NCBI GenBank assembly: GCA_013265495.1 | Contig: MU062907.1 | Span: forward strand, 6,554,305-6,618,304 | Source: Vicugna vicugna | Lineage: Eukaryota | Direction of reading: 5' to 3' | Length of the DNA stretch: 64,000 bases | In this document: piece by piece, positions 11,871 to 23,005 of the stretch | Layout: every line of letters starts with the position of its first letter | Position numbering within the stretch: the first letter of the stretch is position 1 | Made by a program: the position numbers and the translations under genes | The notes under the pieces: generated by a model | Database searches by the model: none | What the model saw: only the letters and a program-made list of their open reading frames with translations | What the model was told of the DNA's origin: nothing

Positions 11871-13621
11871 GAGCATCAGCTATGATCCTGAGCAGGAGGT
11901 GATGGTGCTGTGCCCATCAGTGATGCCATGGCCATAAGCAGAGCCATTATGGAGATCTGTCAGTCAATGGTGTGNNNNNNNNNNNNNNNNNNNNNNNNNN
12001 NNNNNNNNNNNNNNNNNNNNNNNNNNNNNNNNNNNNNNNNNNNNNNNNNNNNNNNNNNNNNNNNNNNNNNNNNNNNNNNNNNNNNNNNNNNNNNNNNNNN
12101 NNNNNNNNNTGACTTGCTTTTCTATAGAGATAATTTAGAAATTTCACTCACTATGCATTTACTCAGCACTGAAAACAGCTTAGGCACTGTGTACAGTGAT
12201 TGGAGAGAGATGAATATTTTTTAAAAGGCACATTGAAAGCCTTAGTCCTGAATATATTCCCTGATGGAGAAAAATGATCAACACCTCTGTGTTCAATAGA
12301 ATTGACCATTTGTTAAAATATTTGTTGTTGATGTTACAAATGAGTCAGACACTAGATATTTATAGATGATCTATTATGGCTGAGACCTGGAGACACAAAG
12401 AAGTTTACAATCCTCAAGAAGCACACACGGAAGGGTAACTAACAAAATTCCCAGGCCAACAGAGTTGTGAGGGGCTCAGTGGTGTTGGTGGTGGAAGTTC
12501 AGAAGAGAGAGGGATTATTTCCCACTGGGTGGGCAAGAGGGATTTCATGGAGAGAAAGGGAATTTAAACTGCATCTTTAGAATGGGCAAGACTTGGAGGA
12601 ATGAGGAAAGGAGGTGTAGCTCAGAGCGAGATACCAGGGAGGGAGACAAGGGCAGAGGGAGTTGACATTTTTGAGGTTTCCCCAGGGCAGGCACTTTCAC
12701 AAACATGGCCTTCATTTAATTATCCTCCAAAATGTAGAGGACAGTGATGGCAATGTGGTCTCTGCTCCCAAGGACACAAGCATTACACTTAAAGCAATTA
12801 TAAAACAATAGAAGGTATTAGGGAAAAAATACTGGACTGAATATAATCAAACGTGGTTCAGCTCTCGTTTGCTGGGAGAGATTAGGTCTCAGTAACTGAA
12901 CCAAAAGCCCACCTGATTGAGATCAGGTAGGTGCCTGAGAGCTAGGGACAGTCAGGCTGCTGGAGGTACGTTCTATTGGAGGTCCAGGTTAACTAGCTGA
13001 GCCCTTTGTCCCCTGGGCCTGGGGTGTCTGAAATGGTTTTGAGACCTATTTAGGGAATTTTCAATCTGATTTTATTTGACATTTTATTTTGTGGCCTGCC
13101 CTGCTGATGCTAAACACTGTGGTGGCCTTGGTGGCACCCTGACCTCATAAAATTTTGCAAACTGTAGACAACTCCACAGGAGGTGGAAGTCAGGGAACTA
13201 GGCGTTCAGACAGTGTTCTTTTCAGAGGGTTGAAGGCCTGGAGGTTGGTATCTATGGCAGCCAGAGTATGTGTAGCCAGTCCCTTCCTTTGCCCTTTCTT
13301 CCTGCTGACCATCCTGGAGGGGATGGAGTTTCTTATCTGTTAGGCTTCAACGCATTGTTCCTGTCTCTGGGAAGATGGACTGAGCTTTATCTGTTTTATT
13401 TGAGGATAAAGTAAAAAGATTTAAGCAATCTTAGAGCTTACTAATAGGCCAATGCTTTCCTGAGGACCCAATCAATGAATATGTTGGATGTTTATTAGGT
13501 ATAAGGACCTGTGCTCAGTGCCGTTGGGAAGGGATACAGTTTGTAGGTGTGATCCCCGCCCTTGTGGAGCTCACAGTCTAGCTAGAAAAATAAGAGATAT
13601 ACATAAAATATTACAACTAAT

Positions 13622-13810
13622 GGCACATAGTGCTGCCTGGTAGAACTTTCCACAATGATGGAAATATTCTATAATGTGCATTGTCTAATACAGTAGGCAC
13701 TAGCCACATGTGGCTGTTGAAATGTGGATAGTGCAGCTGAGGAACTGAATTGAATTCGTAACTTAATTTTTGAGTATTTTAAGTAGCCATCTATGGATCA
13801 TGGCTTCTGA
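13622..13810. mobile_element. MER3-like hAT MITE
   Basis: TAGAACTTTCCACAATGATGGAAATATTCTAT...CACTAGCCACATGTGGCTGTTGAAATGTGG...GAACTGAATT. Confidence 0.7.
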
Positions 13811-14239
13811 ATTGGGCAGCTTTGTATGAGGCATTACGTGAGTGCTAAAAAAAAAAAAATGAGCTGAGGTAAACGAGAAGATGAAGATCGCTCACTTCAG
13901 GTGGATGTGGACAGGGATGGCTTCCAGGAAGAGGTGTGATTATAGGTGGGTTCTAGGAATATGGAGGATTCTGACAGCAGAATGAGTGGAAGACGGTACT
14001 AGCTTCTGGGAATTTTCAGAGCACTGCTGGGGGTACTGGAGAGTAAACATGGAACAGAGTAGAGTCCTCTTCTGGTTTCATCTCATCTCTTGTGTTAAAA
14101 AGATGGTTGGGTTTGATGAGGCAATTCTCTCTTTTTGGTGCCCTCAGACACTTCTTTTCCAGGGGACTCAGCAAATAAACTTAAGGGCAATGGGAAGAGC
14201 GCTAGAATGGGAGTTGGCACTGATGGGTTCTACTCCTCC

Positions 14240-14685
14240 TGTGTCATTAACATTTCTCTACACTAATAATGAAATATCAGAAAGAGAAAGTAAAAAAAAA
14301 AATTCCATTTATAACCACATCAAAACAAAACAAAAACAAACCTGGGAATAAAAGACCAAGGAGGTGAAAGACTCTGAAAACTAAAAACACTGATGAAGGA
14401 AACTGAAGATGATTCAAAGAAATGGAAAGATATCCTGTGCTCTTGGATTGGAAGACTTGTGGTTATCAAAAGGGAAAGGGGAGGAGGGGAGGAGACAAGT
14501 TAGGGATGTGGGATTAACAGATACAAACATATCTATGTATAAAATAGGTAAGCAACAGAATATACTGTGCAGCACAGGGAGCTATACCCATTATCTTGTA
14601 ATAACCTATAATGGAATATAATCTGCAAAAATACTGAATTGGTATGTTTTACACCTGAAACTAAGACAATATTATAAATCAGCTA
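14240..14685 (+). mobile_element. L1 composite: ORF2 fragment joined directly to 3'UTR
   Basis: 14245-14458 is ORF2-like (CATTTCTCTACACTAATAATGAA...AAATGGAAAGATATCCTGTGCTCTTGGATTGGAAGAC); from 14455 it is 3'UTR-like (ACTTGTGGTTATCAAAAGGGAAAGG...GCACAGGGAGCTATACCC...ACACCTGAAACT). Confidence 0.8.
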
Positions 14686-14795
14686 GGGGGTGCTTATAGC
14701 TCAGTGGTAAAATAAAGCGCATGCTTAGCATGCAGGAGGTCCTGGGTTCAGTCCCCAGTATCTCCATTAAGAAAAAAGATAACAACAACACAATT
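14686..14795 (+). mobile_element. Camelid tRNA-Ala-derived SINE at the L1 3' end
   Basis: GGGGGTGCTTATAGCTCAGTGG...CTTAGCATGCAGGAGGTCCTGGGTTCAGTCCCCAGTATCTCCA plus A-rich tail. Confidence 0.85.
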
Positions 14796-17700
14796 TAAGA
14801 GGCAAAAGCAGAGTAAAGGTAGCTACCTGCCCCTAGGAAGTCACAGCCTGTTAGAAGTCACAGAAGATAAAACTATTTAATAAACAAACAAACAATTAAA
14901 AAAAGTTTGTCTTCCGGACAAGTGCCAATTAACAAAGCCAGATGGTCTAGTCACACGAACCAACCCCCTTCACACCCCTCAAGTCCTTTTCCTTAGCACA
15001 GTTCAGCTTTCAAAAAGCCTCTCTTTTGTTTCAGCAACTGTTGAGTTCAGCTCCCACTGGGCCCTCTTTAGTTATTACTGAATGAAGTCTATCCTACCAC
15101 TTTAACTAGTGTCTGGTTTGGTCTATCTCTGGCAGTATTCTGTTTTTTGTGCTGATTCAGGAGGAGGACAATTTCTGGTAGTTCCAGTCCTGCCACAGCA
15201 ACACAGCTTTAGCTCTGACTTCGAACCACATAGCACTGCCTGTCTTCCTCCTCCCCTTCCCCTCTTCTCTGACTTGGATGGGGCCTTGTTGCTAGGCTGG
15301 CAGGTAAACTGGGTATTTCTGGGGCACTTTTAGCCCCTCCCTTCCCTTCACACCTTCAGATTCTCTCTCTCCCTCTCTGGAACCGCCCCTCCTCTCCATT
15401 CTAGGTGCAACTCCCCTAGGTCAGAACACATCATTTCTTGCCTAAATGAATCTAATTACCTTTTAACTAATCTCCCTACTTCCAGTCTCCTCAGAACTCC
15501 AAAGTGCTCCTTTTAGCATACTGAGCTGATCACCTCACTTTCCTTGGAAACTTCCGCGGCTCCCTACTGCCTAGGGAATAAAGTTGAATCTCCTTAGCAG
15601 GTATGTGGAGCGCCATATTATCTCACCTTAACCTAAATGTCTCCCACCTCATTTCCCGTGGAACCTGTGATCACCATTCCTTAAACACATGTGTATCTGC
15701 ACATTTCTAGGGTTGTGCTTACATTCTTCTGTCATTCTGGGACAAATGGCTCCCTCGCCCCCATTTCTGCCAATGATCAAAATTTTATTCTTTTTTCAAG
15801 GCCTAATTCAAATACATTCTCCTTCGTGGAAGCATTCCCAGCAGTTTGAGTTGGAATTCCCTCCTCTGTACTTCCACCTCATATCACTTTTTGAAGGTCA
15901 GGTTCATAACTGAGGTATAACTTATATACTGTTAAATTAGCCTTTAGGTATATAGTTCTATGAGTTTTGACAAGCATATACAGTTGAGTAACTAACCATC
16001 ACAGTGAAGAAATAGAGTATTTCCATCAAACCCGAAAGTTCCTTTGCAGACAATGCCCTCCTTCCATTCCTAGTTCCTGGCAATAACTGATCTGATTTCT
16101 GTCCCTATATATCTCATTTAAATTTATTTTTTTCATTTTCCCTCTAGACTTTGTTTGCGTACACATCTTTCTCTCACTGGGTTGTTACTTTGCAGACAGA
16201 GAGTTGTAATCATTCACTTTTCTATTCCTTATGGCTCCAAGCACAAGTCCCAAACACATTTATTACATGCCAGCTCATAAATATTTAATAAAAGAAAAAG
16301 AGAAGAAGGAAAAAGAAGGAAGGAAGGGAGGAAGGAAAGAAAAGAATGAGCCAAAGAACAAATGGACAAAGGGCCCTAGGAGAGTTCTGATTCGACAATA
16401 GAGAAACCAACAGGGCTCATCTTAGTTGAATGAGTTATTCTGAGTTATTCATCTGAACTATAAAAGTAGCTACTCTTAAACACCTAATACAAAATATATT
16501 AAAGTATGAATCAGCAAAACTGATTTTTTGTAAGGAAATCTTAATGTAAGTGACATGTAAAGTGTATTGGGGGGTGGGAAACAACCACCCACCAATCCCA
16601 AGTTAAGTTGCTTCTGATCTCCTGGCATATTACAACACCACAACTATGATATGAGGCATTCTGTCCTTGGTATACAGCAGGGACACTTAAAACTCAGGGA
16701 GAAAGGTAATTACTATTTACCAAGTGCTTCCAAAGTCATTACACTCTATGTTTCATGTTTTATTTAATTCTCACAACTACTGTATCACTTAGGTGAAAAA
16801 TTATTAGTTATTCGTTAGGAAAGGAAATAAATAATTATAGGAAGTATAGAGGTATACCTCTAATAGGAGAAACAAGTTTAAAATCTTTAACTCAGGATGA
16901 ATTCTTCAGAGATTTTTCCTAGTTTTTCTTCTGTGAAATCATAATAAGCAGGAAGGGGCAAGAGTCCAGGTAATAAACACTTTTAGATGTCCATCATTGA
17001 TCCATTCAGGGTAATTCTGATATGATAGCTGTGTTCATTTCTGAAGCCAACACGATGAGAAGGAATTCTAGTGTACTGTTTGATGAGGTTGTCAACTAAG
17101 GCACATGTAGGAGTTTGTGCTTTAAGTGCTGTAGTCAGTAAAGGGTACATATTTTGGTGTCACAGAAATTTAAAGTGATTTTGCAATCAGTCTTTGGAGA
17201 TAATTTTCCTGTTCCTTAGAACAAGTTGGAAGATAAACTTTGGACAATGTATTAAACTATGCCCTTTGTAATTAAGGAACCCAAGATAATGTGTTAAAGT
17301 TTAGCGGAGATTTAAATTCCTGAGCTGATTAAAGAGAGCTGTTAAGACCATAAGGTTTGGAATAAAAAATTCTATTGTTTATATTATTCCTGGAGTTTTC
17401 AGGCATCATATAGTGATGATTTGCACTATCGCTTATTATTTTTCAATCTTGTAGAATGGCTCAGAATTAAATAACAACTAAAAATAAGTACAATTCAACC
17501 TGAAAGACTGGAACCAGGGCAAGATGATCAGGAATTTTTGTCTGGCTCCGGGCTATGTCCCGTTCATGCAATGTGGAGGCACTGAAAGGCGTAGGGGTAG
17601 TAGATGGAAATGTTGTTTCAGGAAGATGTCTAGCTGTTGATGCAAATTGTCTAGGGCAAAGAAGAGACAGAAGCAGATTAGATCCCTTAGAGGCTGCGGC

Positions 17701-17799
17701 AATATCCAGGCTGAGGCGATCAGAGCAGGGCTGGAAAAGTAATGGTAAGAAAGCAAAAAAGAAAATGGCAGTGCCTGCGGCCAACACTGGACGATGACC

Positions 17800-19200
17800 A
17801 GACCCAGTGGTGTTGGGTGAGTGAGGAAGAGAACTGAAAGAACGGTTTCATGTTTTCCAGAGACACAAAGTTTTCCGCAGAGGCCCCATGACTATTCTTC
17901 CATCCTTCGAGCGGACGTCCTGGGAATGAACCGGGAAGCTCGCCTCAAGTTGGTCAGGCCAGCAAAAGGCGCACAGGAGGCAGGACCGGCCAGGAGTGTC
18001 CTCCAGCACCCTCGTCCCTCCGCCTTGACACTCAGGCGGTCCCTCCGGATCCGACCTCTCTCTTCATCCCTCCGGGTCCCCAGGTCCCCATCCCCCGCTT
18101 CAGCCAGCGGCCGGCACCGCCCTCTGTCCCTCCCCTCCCCCTCCCCCTTGGGGCGCTGACTCGCCGGGCTGCCACGTCTCACTGATGACATCACCAGGGA
18201 GCTCGGTCTTAGCCAATCCGCTAGGGGGAGTCCGAGCGAAGTCCTAGCCAACGAGTCAGCGGGGTGGGGAGCGGGGAGGGGCGGAGCGGGGGGGGTGGTG
18301 AGAGAGGGGGGAATGGGTCGGGCGACAATCCCTCAAGTACGCATGGGCCAGAGGCGCGGTGTTTGGCGGGAAGCTGAGTCCTGGCCGCCGCGTTGCATCG
18401 TCTGTCTCCAGCGCCCGCAGCCGCTTTCGCAACTCTCTTTCCCAGCATGCCAAGCGGTGCGGCCGCCCTTTGGGCTGTGTAAAGGCCCCTCGATCTAAGG
18501 CTTTCCTATTTCCTGGTTCGCCGGCGGCCATTTTGGGTGGAAGCGAAAGCTGAGTGGCGGCGGCTGCTGATTGTGTTCTAAGGGGNNNNNNNNNNNNNNN
18601 NNNNNNNNNNNNNNNNNNNNNNNNNNNNNNNNNNNNNNNNNNNNNNNNNNNNNNNNNNNNNNNNNNNNNNNNNNNNNNNNNNNNNNNNNNNNNNNNNNNN
18701 NNNNNNNNNNNNNNNNNNNNNNNNNNNNNNNNNNNNNNNNNNNNNNNNNNNNNNNNNNNNNNNNNNNNNNNNNNNNNNNNNNNNNNNNNNNNNNNNNNNN
18801 NNNNNNNNNNNGGCGAGGAAGGCTGGGGCGTGGGTGGGGGCCTCGGCCGGGGTGAGGTGAGGGTGATGGGGAGGGAGAGGTTGGCGGCCGGGTGTCGGGC
18901 CCCATTGTCTGACGGAGGAGGGGCGGTCGGGGGGAGGGGTTGGGCCAAGGGGTGAGCCTCCCGGGCCTGGACCCGGTCTGGTTGGAGGGCCTAAGTGCTG
19001 GACCGGTGCGGAGGAACAGTCCACTAAGGGGGTTGGGGCGTTTGGGAGTCGGTGGTGGGGCGGTGGGAAGGGGTAGCTTCTCTTGGAGGCTGCGACTTTT
19101 GAAGGAGGACTTGTTTTTAAGGGGAAGGGATGAGGTGGGAGAACTCTCCTAGAGGGCACTGTCAGACCCTGGGCCCGCACCCTGCGGAGCTGTCAGAACT
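17800..19200 (+). promoter_or_regulatory. RAB1A: RAB1A CpG-island promoter
   Basis: Sharp rise in GC and CpG; GC boxes, CCAAT 18213-18217, TGATGACATCA 18183-18193, GCCACGT 18171-18177, GGCGGGAA near 18365, YY1-type GCGGCCATTTTG 18524-18535; immediately upstream of the recognisable RAB1A 5'UTR. Confidence 0.9.
18530..18811 (+). other. RAB1A: RAB1A exon 1 (5'UTR visible to 18585; start codon hidden in N gap 18586-18811)
   Basis: ATTTTGGGTGGAAGCGAAAGCTGAGTGGCGGCGGCTGCTGATTGTGTTCTAAGGGG matches the recalled RAB1A 5'UTR. Exon 2 begins by completing a codon (TA|T), so an upstream coding exon (MSSMNPEY) is required. The exon end inside the gap is unknown. Confidence 0.75.
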
Positions 19201-22200
19201 GTCGGGGTGGAAACCAGCTTTAGTTGTAAATCTTGAGCTTGTTGGCTCTCTCTTCCACCCTCCCCGCCAGGTTGCAGGTAATATGGATGCTTTTCAGAAC
19301 TGCGTGGGATTGAGGGGAGTGAGTAGATGGTGAGAAGCGATTTAAAATTTTTAGTTGTCTTTTTTAGTTATTTCCTGGAGTTGTTCACTCACTCCCCAGG
19401 CCCATTTCCTTCCTAAAAACCTGGGCATTTGTGAGAATTTTTTTTTTTTGGAGGACACTGAAGTCATTTTGTGTAGGTCAAGGGAAAAACAAAACATAAC
19501 ACCAGCATTAAAACCTGAGGATATCTTAAATTAATCACCAAATTGAAAGAAGACTTTGCTGTCAAGTTGAAGGAGAAAAGAATGGGCCCTATGGTGGATC
19601 TGTAGGTTTTGGNNNNNNNNNNNNNNNNNNNNNNNNNNNNNNNNNNNNNNNNNNNNNNNNNNNNNNNNNNNNNNNNNNNNNNNNNNNNNNNNNNNNNNNN
19701 NNNNNNNNNNNNNNNNNNNNNNNNNNNNNNNNNNNNNNNNNNNNNNNNNNNNNNNNNNNNNNNNNNNNAGATTTTGTTGGGCTCTCCTTAGTGGCCCTTA
19801 AAAACATCCTTCCATGGTTTGCATATATAAATTAATGAATAATTGGAGGAGATTTAATTGGTATTCCTCTTTGGTGTCAGAAGGCTTTGGGGGAGGGGAA
19901 AAATTTTTTTAAAGCAGAAATCGGTATTTGTCCTAATTGTTGAGTTTATTTGCTGCTTTGGTCAGCTGCTGCTAAACATTTCCCTTAAAAGGTCCACCCA
20001 TCAGTTTAGCTGATTGTCATGTGTGTGTCACATGGCTCTTGCAAAATGCATTCTGACTTCAAGTTTTGTAATACTTTGGTTTGTTGCTGAAATGCCCCTT
20101 TGTGTACTAAGCAGAAGCCATAGTATTTTATTAAAATTTTATATACCTTAAGAAGTTGAGGATAATGTTCTAATAGTGCTATATTTGCAATGTTGGCGGG
20201 TTTTTTTATCAAGGTCTCCAAGGACAAAGTTGGTTTTGCATACTTGGGCAGAGTTGAACTTGAGGTCCCTAGTTTAGTAGTTTTCTTGGCAACAGTAAAG
20301 TACATGGATTTTCCATTATATGGAGGTTTGTCTTCTGTTCAGAGTGTTTCTTCTATTTGCTACATGTATTTAGTACTGTAAATAGATCTTGAAGATTAAT
20401 TGAGCAGAACCATGACAAATGATTTAGACTGAATTTGTTTTTCCTTTTGTAAAATTGGACGATGGTATTTATTCCTATCAAGGTAGTTTCGAGGCTCAAG
20501 TATATGTAAAAGAATTTGGAAAACTGCAGACTACTCTGGGTGGTGTACATCATTATCATGTAAGACATTCTAGTATTGCTGGGATTTAGAAATTTAATCT
20601 TTACCCTCAAGGAGCTTATAATGGCATATAAAAAACAGATTGTATATATATTAAATACCAGTAGATATGGCATATTCCAGATATGTGGCGTGGATTGGAG
20701 CAGCAAGATTTTAAAGGAAGATGTAGGGTTGTGGTTGGCTAATAGGGTTCAGGAAGATCTTATAGAGAACAAACTAGTAAGGGAATTATTAGCAGTAGAT
20801 TTGGAGAAGCAGAGGGAGTGAGGAGGATTTTTCAAGGGGGGAAAAGAAAGAAGAATAGTTAATAAATGGCAAGGATGGTAATTCTTAAGTAAATACAGTG
20901 CTAAACCACCCTTTCTTTTGAGGACTCTAGATTAAGGATCTCAACAGAATCAAATCCAGAAATCATTTTTATATTTTTATGGCATCGAGTATGCCAGTAC
21001 CTGGACTACTGTGTTTATAGTCTAGACTGTGTCTAGTAAAATAATCTAGGAATTTGGGAAAATCTTTGGAAAAGCACTAGTAAAAATTACTTAAGTTGAG
21101 AGGAGGTGGTATTTTATTAGGGAATGTCACAAGGTCAACCAGCAAGCAGATTTTTAGCAGTCTGACTTCAGCAGTTTCTTTTTTTTTTTTTGTCTTTAAT
21201 AAAGTTTGTTACCATCCCAAAAGTAATCAGAGAAAAATTGGAAAGTAGAGAAAAGAAGGAAATTGTTAGAGTTTAATCACTCAAATACAAGTCCATTTGC
21301 TTTAAAACCTTGTTCTAAACTTGAAAATCCTGTTTTTTCTTAGTTAAAACTTTTAATAGATGAATACCTTTCATAATTCCACAATGTTGTCCTAAGAGCT
21401 AACATTTATGGCCACTTATATGCCAGGGGCAATATTATACCTTTTAATACATGTGTGTTATAAGCATACACTTTGTATGCTAATGTGAAAAAATAGTGTA
21501 CTAGATAATGTTTACAGGTGCACCCCAGATGTTCCTTGTTTTGATGTATCATCTATTATTTATCTTACTCCTTTTAGAAACTTCTAAAATCTCCTTTATG
21601 TGTGCTGCTGAATTTGGTAATGAAAATGGGTTCTTGACAAAAGAAAAAGTTGGTTTTCAGAATGAATGAAATTTCAGATTTATATAGGTTGACATGCGAT
21701 TACCTTTTGGTAGATTGACTACTGAATGCTTTTACTTTATGATCTTAAGTTGTAAACTTTTGGTTTAGGAGTGAGGAGAATAAGAAATACATCAATCCAT
21801 GATTAAATTTTAAGCTGTCTTTTTGACTACTTTCCTTGTGATTTGGAGATTTGGAAGAAATGATGGCCCTAGGTTATCTTTATAGGGTACATGAGGGTAA
21901 TGACCCACTCATTTGAATTTCAAGTACTACAGACAAAAACATAATGCAACTAAAAGTGGAATCTGAACAGTGGAAAAAGTAGATGAAAAGGATCAGAGCT
22001 TTCTTTTTTTTCTGGAGATTTCAAGAAAGATTTTGTTAGGTGGTGAAGCAGGCAGTGATTATTTCAGCACACTAGTTAGGAAATACTTAACATTATTCTC
22101 ATACCACAAACATTTTTCCTAATCCATTAGCTTCTAGCAGATTTTTTTAGTGTCAAGAAAATCATTTTGGCTGCTTAATTTGTAAGGAATGTGTTGAGAA

Positions 22201-22560
22201 TAAAGTATGTATACCTATCATGAATATACCAGTTAACTACAGAAGGAAGAACTATATGTAGTAGTCTACCTGGATTGACTAGTTTGTTGCAGGAAAATGT
22301 TGTAAAAAAAAGTTTATCTTGTTTTTAGCTTTTTAAAATTTCATTGACGACTTAATCAGTCTCTTAAACTTTTTTTTCCCCAGCACTGTGCTTTGAATAA
22401 ATGTTTTTTAACTTAAGAGATTGAAAGTAAAAACAAGTTAATCAGTTCTGTTATCTGACAGAATATAACTTATTATATCATTACTACCTTTTACATAATT
22501 TTTAGTTAGAATTTTTTTAATTAGGAAAGAAGCAGAAATCAACTAAAAATAGGTTTTCTT

Positions 22561-23005
22561 TTTTTTTCTTTTTTTTTTGGCAGTTCTAGAACTTTATTTA
22601 TAGACAATCAGCAGTTCTCATCCGCATTAACTGTAGATTTATGAAAGTGGTGACAGGTACATAGGTGACCAATGTATAGAGCTTATTTTGTTGAATCTTC
22701 ATCTTCATTACATTTTCTGGACAATCGCATATGATATGGTATGGGTTGTTCCTAATTCCTTTGGCTCAGACAGCTTTGTTGAGCCTGGTGTCAGTGTGCA
22801 CATCTGGAGTTCCCATCTCCTTCATGGCATATTTCTGGATTTCTTTGAGTGCCTAAGGCCTGCACTTCTTGAAACCCACTCCATGGATGCACTTGTGAAT
22901 GTTGATAGTGTATTCTCTGGTCACCACCTCGCTGATGGCAGATGGGCCCTTCTTCACACCACCCTTCTTTTGGGAGCCATCCTGCCTGGCTCGGGTTGTA
23001 AAAAG
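22561..23005 (-). pseudogene. RPL31: Processed pseudogene of ribosomal protein L31
   Basis: Intronless: ATG at 22980 (MAPK..., [13 protein letters not shown]...EMGTPDV.IDTRLNKAV...[23 protein letters not shown]); premature TAG (22853-22855) and TGA (22766-22768) plus indels; AATAAA 22593-22598; poly(A) tail; TSD CTAAAAATAGGTTTTCTT at 22543-22560 and 23006-23023. Confidence 0.95.

Noticed and set aside
17413-17503. C/D-box snoRNA candidate (GTGATGA ... CTGA)
   Set aside because: No terminal stem, not intronic, and no recognisable rRNA antisense element; such short motifs occur by chance.
17467-19333. Numerous 60-230 aa ORFs around the RAB1A promoter
   Set aside because: By-products of high GC content and N runs that hide stops; low-complexity Pro/Gly/Arg sequence with no recognisable domain.
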